From contig OZ024740.1 of NCBI GenBank assembly GCA_964016885.1, positions 44,330,001 to 44,394,000 of the forward strand: a stretch of 64,000 nucleotides of DNA, read 5' to 3'. The translations under genes and the position numbers were made by a program. The notes beneath the pieces are model-generated. The model had not been told where the DNA came from, searched no databases, and saw only the letters and a program-made list of their open reading frames with translations. Every line of letters begins with the position of its first letter. The stretch's first letter is position 1. Below, piece after piece: positions 26,179 through 39,150 of the stretch. The stretch comes from Eledone cirrhosa. Lineage: Eukaryota.

Positions 26179-26372
26179 ATCTAGTCTTGTAGTGGTCAAA
26201 ATTATTTAAAAGCATTTGAACCTAACTAGGTCTCATTCAACAATCTCAAATTAGTTCTTTAGAGATCTACCTTACTTCCTATACCCCATTTTCTGGCTTT
26301 TACTCCAGAGAGATTCTCATTGATATACTTAGAAACAATGAACATGAATAATCAAAATGTAAAAGTACTTAC

Positions 26373-26566
26373 AAAATATAAGTCAGTACTCCTACACTCC
26401 ACAGATCAGTTGTTTCTGATATCAGTTCACTACACACAACTTCAGGAGATGCAAACTCAGGAGTTCCATAATTCAGTTTCAAAGGTGCATTGTGAATCTT
26501 TTTGGCAAATCCAAAATCTATAAGTTTGATTTTATCAGTCTTTTCTTCATAAATTAAATTTCCAGG
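26373..26566 (-). CDS. unc-89: Kinase 1 subdomains VIb-IX (PGNL..IKLIDFG..YGTPEFASPE..TDLWSVGVLTYIL)
   Basis: Acceptor ttattttag, donor gtaagt, 194 bp, phase 0-2. MLCK/DAPK-type motifs. Confidence 0.93.
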
Positions 26567-26992
26567 CTAAAATAAAAAGTTTCATTTGCAATTAAGATTT
26601 GAATAGAATACCTTTAAGTTAGTGAGTTGAATGAAAATAGACCAACAAAAATGATTCTGAGAGAAATGGAAATTTTGATATCAACCTGCCTAAAACCACT
26701 TCTGGTTCTATGAAACAAAACCATCTATTTTAAGGATTTTTATTTAAATTAAAATCTTCCAACTTAATTTTGTATAAGAACCTTTTATTAAGTTATGTCA
26801 CAAACACCATTATTATAATGAATCCTTAAAACTCCTCATCAGATAATTGAAATGCAGCATATGTCATTAGAAATATTTAAAGTTTGAGAAAACGCTGCAG
26901 GCTCAATTTTGTTGTCATCCTTATTCCTCTTAATGATTATAATATCAAAGAGTATAACATTTATAGCAATAATTACAGCAGTGATAACAATA

Positions 26993-27088
26993 ATAATTGT
27001 TTCTACTTTTGGCACAAGGCCAGCAATTACCCAGTGCATTACTGGTACTTTATTTTATCGACCCCGTAAGGATGAAAGGCAAAGTTAA
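26993..27088 (-). mobile_element. SINE family A, 3' half
   Basis: Core and tail match other copies. Confidence 0.8.
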
Positions 27089-27790
27089 AATAATAATGAG
27101 GTTTGTAACACGCCTGAGGTTTACAAGAATGTTAGTAATAATGGTAATAATTACAGTTAAAAATTATAGTCAACTATATTTTATAAGGAAATAAAATTAA
27201 ACAATGTGAGATTTCCCCATATGTCTGTGAGTCAGTGAGAGAGCCACTGTGTAGATGCTCAAATTGCTAGAAGTAGCAGCCAATTCTTCATCAAATTACA
27301 TTCTAACATATTATAAATATGACACATCAGGTAATGTGGCCCTGGATGTGCCGTTTGTATATAAAACTGGATGGTCTTTGTTGGAAGGTTTTTGATGAGT
27401 TCTTTACTCAATTGGGTCTGACCTTCAGTTAAACAACAGCAACATCAATATGTCAGTTTAACTCTTGGTATTGGAAACCACCTCTTATTTTACAATAAAA
27501 AGTTGCTTTTTTTAAATATTTATATTTATATAAAATCTTTCTATCATGATTTTATGAAAGAACATTTGTTAAGTTATATTCTAAACACCAGTCTGATAAG
27601 AAAACTAGTTATATTACTAAATCCCTGAAAATATTTTATTAACTTCAAAGTGATTTGAAAATCATAGGCAGTGACTTTAATTAGAAATATGAGAATGAAA
27701 GGATTAATTTGGGGAATTAAGTTTTGGAGAGGAGCAGGGAGAGATTGAAGAAAAATAAAATGCTGACAATAACAAAAATAACAAAAATAC

Positions 27791-27929
27791 CTTTATATCC
27801 AAGTGAGATACACCACGGATTTTTAATTCTTCCAGAGCTAACAATAACTGTTGAATGTAGTATGCTGCATCAGTTTCAGTCCAGTTATATGTTGTAAGGA
27901 TATGTTCAATTAGTTCGGTTCCTTGAATT
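27791..27929 (-). CDS. unc-89: Kinase 1 subdomains V-VIb (IQGTELIEHI..AAYYIQQLL..HLDIK)
   Basis: AG at 27930-27931 preceded by a CCTTAAC branch motif. Donor gtattt, 139 bp, phase 2-0. Confidence 0.92.
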
Positions 27930-28689
27930 CTAATCAAATGTTAAGGCTAACAAATCTTCAATAGAAAAATTATTTGTTTTCTATTTTTATGAATTGGTCG
28001 TTTGAATTGCAGATGGACTTGGGAAACATGAAACAGTGTCTTACTCAAGGGACACAATATGACACTAAGAATCAAACTCACAACTTTATTATCATGAGCC
28101 AAACACCCTAACCACTAAGCCACATACCTTCTCATCAATACTTCATTAAACATTAATTCTTAATTATATGTAACTCCTGGATCTTTTCTGTATGATGCTA
28201 AATGAAGTAGGAGGCTATAAATATATCTATATACTCTGAATAATGTTACAGTATTGTTGCTGCTTAATTTTACCGAAGGTTATCTTATTTGTTTATCATA
28301 CCAGATAATATTGAGAAAATTAAGATTTTTAAGAGCCTGTGCTTAAAGCATACTTGCTATTTTAATGCTGTTATTAGAAATACAAACATAGATTGTAACT
28401 ACTTCCCATAATTATTTATCCGATATATCTAAAATTAGATTTGTTATTTAGGAAATCATTAAGGAGCCTTCTTATTTATCCAGAAGTATCTTTGTTTTAC
28501 AACTCTTTTCAAAAGTTTTAGACCTGAATAAGAGAGACATTAAATTATGATGATAGTTTAATTTAAAAAAAGTGCAAACAAAAAGAATAAAAAAAAAACA
28601 AAAGATAAAGAATAACTGGAAAATGAGAAGCTGTAAATCTGTGTCAGAATAATGTTTTGATTAGATACAAAACAACAATGAAAGGATAC
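27930..28689 (-). other. U12-type (minor spliceosome) GT-AG intron
   Basis: 5' splice site GTATCCTTTC. Branch motif TAGCCTTAAC at 27949-27940, followed by 10 nt ending in the AG. No polypyrimidine tract. Confidence 0.88.
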
Positions 28690-28893
28690 AGTTCTGTAAT
28701 TAAAATATAAGATTTCTCTGTTTCATAAGCCTCGTGGATTTTTATAATATTAGGATGATCTAAAATTCTAAGACATTCAAGTTCTGGCTCAAAAAACTCC
28801 TTCTCTTTCGGATCACTGAGCGTTAAGAATTTGCCAGCAAACTCCTTGCCAGTTGATTTCTGTATAACTCTTCGAATAATTCCATGCCGTCCT
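28690..28893 (-). CDS. unc-89: Kinase 1 subdomains I-V (GRHGIIRRV..EFAGKF..PELECLRILDHPNIIKIHEAYE..ILITEL)
   Basis: Acceptor tatttcag, donor GTATCCTTT (U12 type), 204 bp, phase 2-2. Confidence 0.92.
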
Positions 28894-29725
28894 CTGAAAT
28901 AGATATCAATAGAATTTGATAGTTTAAAATGAAATTTTAATCACTAAAAATGTTTTCCCCATGCTGATGCATATGTGTATATGTGTGTGTGTGTGTGAAT
29001 GTGTGTATGTGCATATGTAAACATTTATATGTATGAGTATATAAATATAAATGCACAAACACAGACATTCACACAAACACACCCATACATATATTTACAC
29101 GAACACACAAATGCACACACAAACATACACATGCACAGCATAGCAAATGGAACGACAGCCTCTGCTTTGCTATAGTTTTCTCACTATCCAATTCCTTCCT
29201 TTTACACACAGATAGATTCACACAAACACACACACACATTGTGTGATGGATGGAAGTCACTTAAATTGAGATATAGATTAAAGACACAAGGTTCTGTTTC
29301 AAGCAATCAAATGTTTTGAAAGTCTTAAAAGACATACAAGCAATTAATAAAACAGTGATAGATCTCTGTTAATTTCAATAAGTATTCAGTTGTTTCCTTG
29401 GCAGAATCTCCATCTCAGGAATTAATATGTAAGTGCTTGAGCATTCGACAGGCATGTTTTCTTTTAACGTAATTCTTAAATCAATATACAAAATATGGGA
29501 CAATGCTGTTTTCATTTTGGCAAATAACACAAATAATTTGCAATGAAACTGTATGCCAATCATAAACTGCTTTCTTCTATTATAAATAATATTCATCACA
29601 AATATTGTGTATCAAGTTAGGTGCTACAATCTCTATTACATGCTTAAATGTAAGATGACAATGGAATTAAGTTTAACAATGATAAAACAAACACAAAATT
29701 CTCTAGATGAATGGCCTTCTGCTTC

Positions 29726-31705
29726 CTCCTCCTCTTCTTCTTCCTTTTCTTCTTCCTTTTCTTCTTCTTTTTCTTCTTCTTCTTCTTCTTCCCCCACCTA
29801 TTCCTGAAAGCGTCATGGGGGCAGAGTCCTCAAACACTCCTTCCAGTGAGTCCTGTTAGAAGCAGCCATCTCCTACTGATCCAGCTGGATCCACAAGTGA
29901 GACACGCCAAGCTCATGGATGTTATCAAACCATCTTGCTCAAAACCTACTCTTGGGTCTCCTGCTGGCCGGTTTTGACCATGAAATCTATGAAGCAATTC
30001 TTTCCTGAGACATTCTAATCACATGCCCATAGTATCAAAGCTGTGATCTCTCAATTTAGAGAAGAGCAGCTCTACCTGGAGTGACTCTCTTAACTCTGAG
30101 TCATGCACTCTATCAAGTAATGTTACTCTTGGGCTGGATTTCATCTTCCCCAGCAGCCTTGCCATATTTGAGCTATTTAAATGCTCTTGTGATCTCCGCC
30201 TCTGAGATATTAGTCACTGCTTCCAGATTCCCTTCATGTACACCAGAAGATGCTGTTGTGATGGTTTTAGGAGATCAGCAAAGTAATCTCTCCCACCTCA
30301 CGAGTATGCACCTTTTGTTAGAGAGGAGAACCCCAGGCGTGGTCTTGATAGCAGGTGTGGAAGAGGGCTTCTTATTACAAAGTCAGCAGATGGTCTGCCA
30401 GAACACTTTATTTGCTGATCTAAAGTTGGATTCCAGCTTAACCCCAAAGTCCTCTCATGTCTTAACTTTGGATGCCTTTACTCTCTCTGTTGTGGTTCTT
30501 TGTGCCTGTTTATCCTGCAAGTACAAGAAGGAGGACTTATTTCTAAGACAAGCTTTGTAAATCTCCTTCTTTGCTCAGATGGCATCTTTGACCTCTTGAT
30601 TGAACTGTGACATCCTCCTGCCATCCGGTGCCAAACCAAGACCCTTCCACTCACACCATTTAACAGCTGAAGCAGAAACAATTGTGCTGAACAATCTCCA
30701 CTCAGTCTCAATGTCCTCAGTTTGCTCAGGGAGTTACTTGAATTTGGATGCAATAGTATCTACATAACTGACTTCCTTATCTACTAATGCTTCCCACTTT
30801 ATCCTGTAGGTCAACCTGGACCTGCCAGTTTTGTGGGCTTCCTTGACTTTAGTTAGTCTCGAGTTGCAGATATATTGATGGTAATCAGTTTACAGCTGAG
30901 CCCCTCTCTTAATACGAACATCCAGCACAAAATCAAAGAGATTAGAGACAACAAAATCATTTATTGATCTCTGTCCCCGATTCTCTTTATACCATGTACA
31001 TTTATGGGTGTCTCTGTGCTAGAAGAAGGTGTTCACAATAGAGAGACTATTGCTATAATAGAAGTCTAGTAAGGCTTCTCCATTCATAATTAAATTGGCA
31101 TCGCCATTCCTTCCTATCACTCTTTTCCATGTCAGGTCATCAGTGCCAACATGTGCATTGATGTCTCCCATCAGGATATATGACTCAGTCTTAACTACAT
31201 CTAACGCTGCAGTGACTTTATCAGAGAAGGATCTGTATTCGGACTCCTTGTTTAGTGCATAAACTTACACTGCCCACAGAGACCTATCTTTCAGCCTAAG
31301 CTTCAAGAGGCAAATCCTCCCTCCTAATAGGATCCAGTACATAACACATTCTGACAGCCGGTGGCTTGTGAGTTTCCCCATTCCTGCCTGTGCAGTAAAT
31401 TCTGGTGCCACACCTGAATAGGAGAGTTTCCATCCTCCATCCAAATCTACAGTATCAGAGCCATGGAACTTTGTTGAGGAAACCACGACTATATCTAGCC
31501 AGTAGCATGTAGCTTCCTTCACTAGTTCCTGCACCTTACCTGTATGGGTTGTGATGTTCAAGGTTCCAACTGTTAAGTTGTGTTCCCTTCCGGACCCTCT
31601 TTGGGGTCGCGGAATACACAAACTCTGCGTGTCCATCCCACGCCTCTCAGGAAAGTTTGCAGGCCTATTGCTTGTTTTTGCAGCATGAAATGGAGACCAC
31701 AATAT
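29726..31705 (-). mobile_element. Internally deleted Rex3/Expander-like RTE (endonuclease and 3' end, RT missing)
   Basis: ORF 31265-31702 (VGTLNIT..LDIVVVSSTK..GWKL.YSG). GKAAGEDEIQP is joined directly to the post-RT LLDRV..LRESLQVE region near 30125. (GAA)n tail. Degenerate TSD at 29710-29725/31706-31721. Confidence 0.8.
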
Positions 31706-32399
31706 AATGGCTTCCTACTTCAGAAATTTTGTTTGACGCAAATATTAGGATTAAACATATTATTCTTAGAAAGATAATATTATGGTTTTAATCTAATAAT
31801 ATTTTTTCAAATCTTAGGTTTTCTCCTGGAAATCAAGTCATTTCCATCCTAGTCACTTTATATTCATCATAATGTTCCTCTTTTATAGAGATAACATGAA
31901 AGACCCTATACTGGAGACTACCAAGTAAGTCTTCATAAGTACTTAAATCCCACTTTTTCAATTAAATATATAACCTGTTTTTGTTTCTTTCATTTAGTGA
32001 AAAACCTATTTATATCCAGAAAATGAATGTCAGTCATTGACTATTTTCTATAGTTGTAAATAATATTCATGAGAAATATCTTGCATTCAGCTAACTGCTA
32101 TAATGCCAGTCTCTATTGCATGCTCAAATGACAATTGGATAATGTTTAGCAAGGACAAAACACTAACTTCTCTACATGAATGGCTTCCTACTTCAAAAAT
32201 TCTATTTGCCACAAATATTAAGATTAAACATTTCTGAAAATATAATATTATAGCCTAAAACATATATTATTTTTCAAACATTAGGTTTGTAAAGTAGTTG
32301 TGAATCAAATGGAGACAATTTATTGTGGCACCAACACTAGAAAGGTTGTCATGGACTCAGCAAAACTGAAGAGCCTTCTCTACCCTATATTATCTTCAT

Positions 32400-32586
32400 A
32401 GGTGGATTGGCAGTATCGGTAGAGGGTCGGACGCCAAGCTTTCCAGCATAGTTACGTCCCTTTACGATCTGAGTTCAAATCCCGCCGAGGTTGACTTTGC
32501 CTTTCATCCTTACGGGGTCGATAAAATAAAGTACCAGTAATGCACTGGGTAATTGCTGGCCTTGTGCCTAAAGTAGAAACAATTAT
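32400..32586 (+). mobile_element. tRNA-derived SINE family A
   Basis: Full copy. TSD attatcttcata. Confidence 0.88.
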
Positions 32587-33008
32587 CTTCATATGATTGT
32601 CAACTAATTGAAATTGTTATTAACCATTTTGATAGAAAATCATTTGAAACCAATCCTTGTTTTGTGATATGAAATTGTTTAATCATCATCATCAAAATCA
32701 TCACCTCCACCGCAGCTATTGTCATCGGTGTCAGAGTCATTGTCATCATTTAACGTCCATTTTTCCTGCTAGCAAATATTTATATTTATCTAAAATCCTT
32801 CTACCATAATATTATTTTAGAAATCATCTTATGCTCCATGCATCAGCTTAATAATGAGAAATTATGTTATGAAATCTCTTTAGATTCTTTATTATTTTCA
32901 AAATTAATTGAAAAGCATAGGCAGTGTCTTTCATTAGAACTATTATAATGAAAAGGTTAATCCCATTAACTTTGTTTGGGTTTAAATGATAAAATTGCAT
33001 ATTTATGG

Positions 33009-33388
33009 AGGAACATGGCTTAGTGGTTAGAGCATTGGCCTTGCAATCGAAAGGTTGTGAGTTCAATTCTTAGACCGGGTGATGTGTTGTTTCCTTGAGC
33101 AAGAGACTTTATTTCACATTGCTCCAGTTTACTCAGCTGTAGAAATGGTCGTGGAGGTGCCACGGCAAAGTGGTCATGGAGGTGCCACGGCAAAAAAGCA
33201 CCCAGCCCACACTGTAAAGTGGACGTGTAGGCGTCACGGAAAAAAAGCACCCAGCACTCACTGTAAATGAGGTTGGTGTTAGGAAGGGCATCCAGCTGTA
33301 GAAATCAAGCCAGAATCAGTTCCTGTCCCACCCTTGCAAGCAGGGAAAAGCTGACGTAAAATGATGATGATGATGATGATGATGATGG
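33009..33388 (+). mobile_element. tRNA-derived SINE family B with RTE-type 3' tail
   Basis: A box tggcttagtgg, B box gttcaattc. 3' end cccacccttgcaagcagggaaaagc..(GAT)n shared with RTE-B. Confidence 0.85.
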
Positions 33389-33748
33389 ATTATAAAAGCC
33401 ACTATTTAAATTTTACCCTAAATTTAAGCAAAGTTGTGTTGTCAAATGAAGGATGACCTCGTCAATGTTTATCCCAATAAAAAAATTCTGATCTTGCCAA
33501 ACAATATCATCGTCAATAATGTTTGTTTCTCTACAAACAAGAGATCAAAATATTTTCAAAAGTTGCTTTTAGCACAAACTGTCCATCTGAGAAACCAAAG
33601 AATTTTATTTAAACCTCTTCCATGGACAACAGATTTGAAAGCTTTATCAATTAGATATTATCGGTTAATAGGTTCCCAGTTGAAAATTTGGATTTGTTGG
33701 CATCACACTCCTCACCAGATTACTGGTAAATACAATGCAACAAATAAA

Positions 33749-33915
33749 CATCATCATCATCATCATCATCATCATTTTACGTCCGCTTTTCCCTGCTTGC
33801 AAGGGTGGGACGGGAACTGATTCTGGCTTGATTTCTACAGCGGGATGCCCTTCCTAACACCAACCTCATTTACAGTGAGTGCTGGGTGCTTTTTTGCCGT
33901 GGCACTTTGCAGTGG
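33749..33915 (-). mobile_element. SINE family B, 3' part
   Basis: Reverse complement of about 33235-33385. Confidence 0.85.
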
Positions 33916-34529
33916 AAAGATATGCAACATATAAACAAAATACATAAATTATTTCAGAATAAGGCTGCAAATTTTCATCTTATATTTAAATGATTCCAGT
34001 AACTGTTAAGCTTATGAATTCTTTCCAGACATTTTTGAAACATTTTTTCACTCAACTAAATATTTTATCTTAAACAGAATTAATCTCATTATTGCTCCTT
34101 GTATGGTTATTTTTGTTTTATACAAAGCGAGCTGAGACTACATGAGTTTTATGGTACAAAATTGCCCAATTTTGAAATATGGTCTTACTTATATTAGAAA
34201 CCTTCCAACTTCATTTTATATAAGGGTTACTTGTAAATGTTCTAAGTATCAGTTTAATCCTGAAACTTTCTTCAATTTTTAAAAAGGTATTTTTAAAATC
34301 AATTGATATATACAGGTGATATTTTTTTTAACTTGAAATAGTTATTGCTCAATCAATTCTTTAAATATATGTGACAACCTTATTCACATCATTTATAACA
34401 ATAACTGTGAAAGCAGAAAATAAGTGTAAAATTACACACACATGTACTTCAGTCTGAACACAGAGGAACCAAACTCCCACTGTTATCACTTCTGTCCTTC
34501 CCGCCATTCCCGTTTCTCACTATTATAAG

Positions 34530-34775
34530 CAAATGAGGTCCCATGTGCTGGCCACTCCTTGACCTTGACGAACAGAATAGAGAAGGCGTTTCCCCGAAGG
34601 ATGGTGAAGAAGATGTGCTGGCATGGAAGGTGGCTGGTACTGTTGCAACAGGAAAGTGGGTGGAGGCCAAAAGAGTCTACGGTGTATCCGCAATGACATT
34701 TGTGTGGCTTGCAGATCCGGAAGCCGACCCTCAGAGAAACTCCAATGCACAGACTATCATTATCCAGCTTACGTA
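34530..34775 (-). mobile_element. CRE-clade non-LTR retrotransposon remnant (zinc knuckle and C-terminal motif)
   Basis: [25 protein letters not shown] followed by ILRGNAFSI. Confidence 0.65.
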
Positions 34776-34898
34776 TTTCTTGAGAAATATAATAAGAAAA
34801 AGGTAAGTGTTCAAAAGACTTGACTTTGTGACCAGGAACAAAACAAAATGTTTCTGTCATTACTGGAAAACAAGTATCAATCTATTTTATTAAATTAA

Positions 34899-35118
34899 CC
34901 CTTTAATGTTCAAACCGGCCAAAACCGGCCAGAATTCTCTACCTTTTTCTGTTGAAACTGGCTATAACTCATCACTCAAATTGATGTTAAGGGATTATTC
35001 TTAAAATAAATACTTTCAAAATCTCATAGATTCAATATTATGTGAGATTATAATGTGAGATAAAGCATTTACCATGAAAATATAATAGTATATATAAAGT
35101 AATGTGAATGCTAAAGGG
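34899..35118. mobile_element. piggyBac-type MITE
   Basis: TTAA-CCCTTTAATGTTCA..TGAATGCTAAAGGG-TTAA (imperfect 14-bp TIR, TTAA TSD). Confidence 0.75.
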
Positions 35119-35302
35119 TTAAACAAAACGTTGGATTTGGAAATGATAAAGGGCATATAAGGCATGTTTTAACCAGCCTGCATCTGTTTTTCAATCTATT
35201 TGCTGCAGAAAATATATAATATACAGTCCTGCCCTTGCTAGCAGGAAAAATTGATGTTAAATGATAATGATTATGATGATGACTATGTATATATATATAT
35301 AT

Positions 35303-36935
35303 ATCATCATCATCATTTTACATCTGCTTTTCCCTGCTTGCAAGGGTGGGACAGGTCCTATTCAGCACAGGATCTCTCCACTTGTCACAGTCCTTCGTCA
35401 TCTCCTCAGTGAGTTTCAGCGATCTGAGGTCTGCTCTCACCACCTCCACCCATGTTTTTCGTGGTCTACCTCTACTGTGTATTCCTTCTATTGGGATTTC
35501 TTGGCACTTCTTTACCCAGCGGTCACCCTCCATGCGCATCACATGCCCATACCATCTCAGCCGTCTCTCCTGCACACCACAACTTATCCCTCTTATACCC
35601 AGTTTCTTTCTCAACTCGTCTATGCTTGGTTGTTCAAGCACATTGGCATTGCACATCCAATGGAGCATACTTGGTTCATTTCTCTCCAGCCGTTGCATAT
35701 CTTCTGCAGTTGCTGCCCATGTCTCACTACCATGCAGCATCGCGCATCTCCCACAGGCATCATATAACTGTCCTTTCGTATGCAGGGAGAAACCCTTCTT
35801 TGTTAACAGAGGAAGCAGCTCCCTAAACTTCTTCCAACCCATCCTTATTCTAGATACTATGGCCTCGGAACACCCGCCTCCCATGTCAATCTGATCATAC
35901 TGCATACGTAGTTTTCCCTACCTTTTAGTTTGCCTGCTACCCCACTACATCTCTTGTGTACCCAAGATCTGCATTGCATACATTTTATGGAATTTATGCC
36001 AGTTCCTTTCCTACATATCAAACATGGCCCTTTCCCCGATGGAATCAGAGTATTGTCCTCTCTTCTACTTATCAACACTTTTGTTTTAGCTATGTTCACT
36101 CTCAGGCCTCTTGATACCAACTGCTGTTTACATAGCCAGAATTTATTCTATAGCTCCTCTACTGATTCTGCTATAAGAACCAGATCATCAGCATAGAGAA
36201 GTTCCCATGGGCAGCCAGTCTGAAACTCCTCTGTTATGGCTTGGAGGACTATAATGAACAAGAGCAGGCTGAGGACCGAACTCTGATGTACACCTACTTT
36301 TATCTGGAATTCCTCACTAAACTCCATTCCTATTCTCATTTTACTGACAGCACCCCTGTACATAGCTTGCACTGTCCTCACAAGCCATTCCTCTACACCT
36401 AGTTTCTTTAGGGACCACCAGATGACAGATCGAGGTACCCTATCAAAGGCCTTCTTTAGGTCAACAAAAGCTAAGTATAGTGGCTTATTCTTCTCTAAGA
36501 AAAGAACCTCTCTTGTAGTTGCCTCACCAAGAAGAGGGCATCTGTTGTACTTTTCCCAGGCACAAAACCAAACTGCATCTCATCTAATTTGACCCTTTCT
36601 CTAATCAGTTGCGTTAATATTCTCTGTCACTTTCATAAACTGATCCATCAGCTTTATGCCCCTATAATTGCTCCTCTCTAGAGCATCCCTTTACCTTTGC
36701 AGCAATTTATGAGAATACTGCTGCACCAGTCTTTGGGTATGACACCACCATATATAGTTTGATTAATGATGCGTGCAACTAGTATAGAGCCTACTTCTCC
36801 TGATGCCTTCAGCATGTCAGCAACTATCCCCGATGGTCCAGCAGCCTTACCATTCTTCATTTCCTTAATTGCCTCTTGTACCCTATATTCGTCAATCTCA
36901 ATAGCTGGTCCCTCTGTTGGGTCTAATGATGGAAA
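35303..36935 (-). mobile_element. RTE-clade LINE subfamily B, 5'-truncated and frameshifted
   Basis: ORFs 36678-36860, 36148-36381 (YADD), 35857-36120 (PHD) and 35318-35905. The ORF runs into the (GAT)n tail, which abuts (TA)n. Confidence 0.93.
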
Positions 36936-38425
36936 CCAATAAAAGGATTTAAGATAATATACAGCTAGATACTCTTCATAACTTCAAACTCCCTACCTAT
37001 GAGAATAGTAATTATTCTGAGTGAGAAATATTACTGACTTATAAAGAGCCAATAAACTTGATATTAGAAAGAAAAAAAATGTACATATTTAAAATATTTT
37101 GCTTTATAAAAATGTTACCATTTCCATGAAATGATTTCCTAAAAGTATATCATTAAGCTACAAGTGTTAGAATGTCATGAAGAATTACATGAAGATCAAC
37201 CTTTACTGATAAACTTTATAGAAAGACCATTTTTATCAGAAAGCCCAAAATATTTTAGTGAACCCTTTACATTCCCATGAACCCAGGTTGGTGACCACAA
37301 CACAATAGCTACAGAAGAATTGGCATTGATATTAACTTTGCACATGCTATGCCATAAAAATCCACTATGCTTCATACCCACAAAGTAGATTATACAAAAT
37401 TATACTTTATCATAGAGAATATTTAACCCGTTTATTGGCAAACGGCCTGAAATCACCCTTAGTTCTAAAGAAGCTGTTTGTTATAAAGTGTTTATGTTAA
37501 TATAAAAAGATTCCATCATAGTTCAGCTAAGAACCTTTGTTATGTTTCAAACACTGGATTAATAATGAGAAATTCTTGACTCTTTTCCAAGTTTCTTTGA
37601 AAATCATTGACTGTCTTTCATTAGAAACATGTTAATGAAAAGGTTAAACAATTATATGCATTTTACATGTCTGCTGCTGCTAGCACTACTATACTACTAC
37701 TACTACTACTACTACTACGACTATGACTACTTCTACTACGACTACAACTACTACTACTAATACTACAGCTGCTGTGTGTTCTATTGCCCAATCAGCAGAA
37801 TGGCCTACTCATTAAATTAACATGCAAGTTATATAAGAAATAAACATAAAATTATTCCTGAGACAGTTTGGAAAATTGGATGTTGATATACAAGAAAACA
37901 AGAGAAAAGTTACACTTTGAAAACTTAATTATTTACATTTAAAAATGTGTAAATGCATAGCTTAAAGCTTAGAGAGTTGGATCCACAATCATGAATTCGA
38001 TTCCTGGGCTGGGTGGTGTGTTAAATCTTTGAGCAAAATGATTTATTTTAAGTTGCACTTTCTGCCAGGAGTTGAGACCAGGAGATAGTATCAGCAATTA
38101 GAAGACCAATGGAAACATTGAATCATTGGCTCAATCTTATGAGTCCACCCAGTTCCATAAGTGAATCAGATCTGAGACCTTGTCATACATACCTAGATAG
38201 ACAAGTTTTAATGTGGAAATACATAACATTGGTAACTATAATATCTATAATGGTGCAGGCATGGGTGTGTGGTTAAGGAGTTTACTTTATAACCACATGG
38301 TTTGGGCTTAGTCTTATTGTGTGGTACCATATGCAACTATCGGTTACTGTAGCCTAGGATTGACCAATGCCGTGTGAGTGAAATATCATTGATAGAAACT
38401 GGGCGAGATCCTGCCTTACATATAT

Positions 38426-38690
38426 ATGTGTGTGTGTGTGTGTGAAGGGGTGTGTGCAGGACAGTGTGTGTGAGTGAGTGTGTGAGATTGACTATTTGTA
38501 TGAGCGTGTGTGAATGTTTGTATGTGTGTATGTATGAGTATGTGAATGTGAGTGAGTTTTTGTATGTGTGTGTGAGTGTGAATGTTTGTATGAGTGTATG
38601 TATGTGTGAGTGGGTGTATGTATACGTGTGTTTCTGTATGTGTGTGACTGTATGTGTGTGTGTTTATGAGTGTGTATGTGTGTCCATGTC
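38426..38690. repeat. Degenerate (TG)n
   Basis: Visible in sequence. Confidence 0.9.
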
Positions 38691-38870
38691 TGTTTTAACA
38701 TTTACTGTTAGATTATACCCCGTCATTGCCATAGTCAGATTACTGAAAACAGTAAAAGAATTCAAAATATTCAAAGAAATATAATACTTTTATATGTTTA
38801 TGCATTTGTTTTGCAAGAGTCTTGATTAGAAATTGTGTATTGAAACATATATTGCTCTATATATATATAT

Positions 38871-38901
<31 letters not shown>

Positions 38902-38940
38902 CCATCATCGTTTCTACATCCGTTTTTTCCACGCATTTAT

Positions 38941-38982
<42 letters not shown>

Positions 38983-39150
38983 ATAAATGTAAATATAGGT
39001 GTTGAAAATATATGAATATATATATATATATATCATCATCATCATCGTTTAACGTCTATCTTCTACGCTAGCATGGGTTAGACGGGAATTGTCCCACTTG
39101 AGGCAAGATTGATCGGGTGACTGTGTCTCACTCGTATATATATATATATA

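Noticed and set aside
32400-33080. tRNA genes at SINE heads
   Set aside because: A/B boxes are present but there is no complete cloverleaf, and each is followed by a SINE body and tail.
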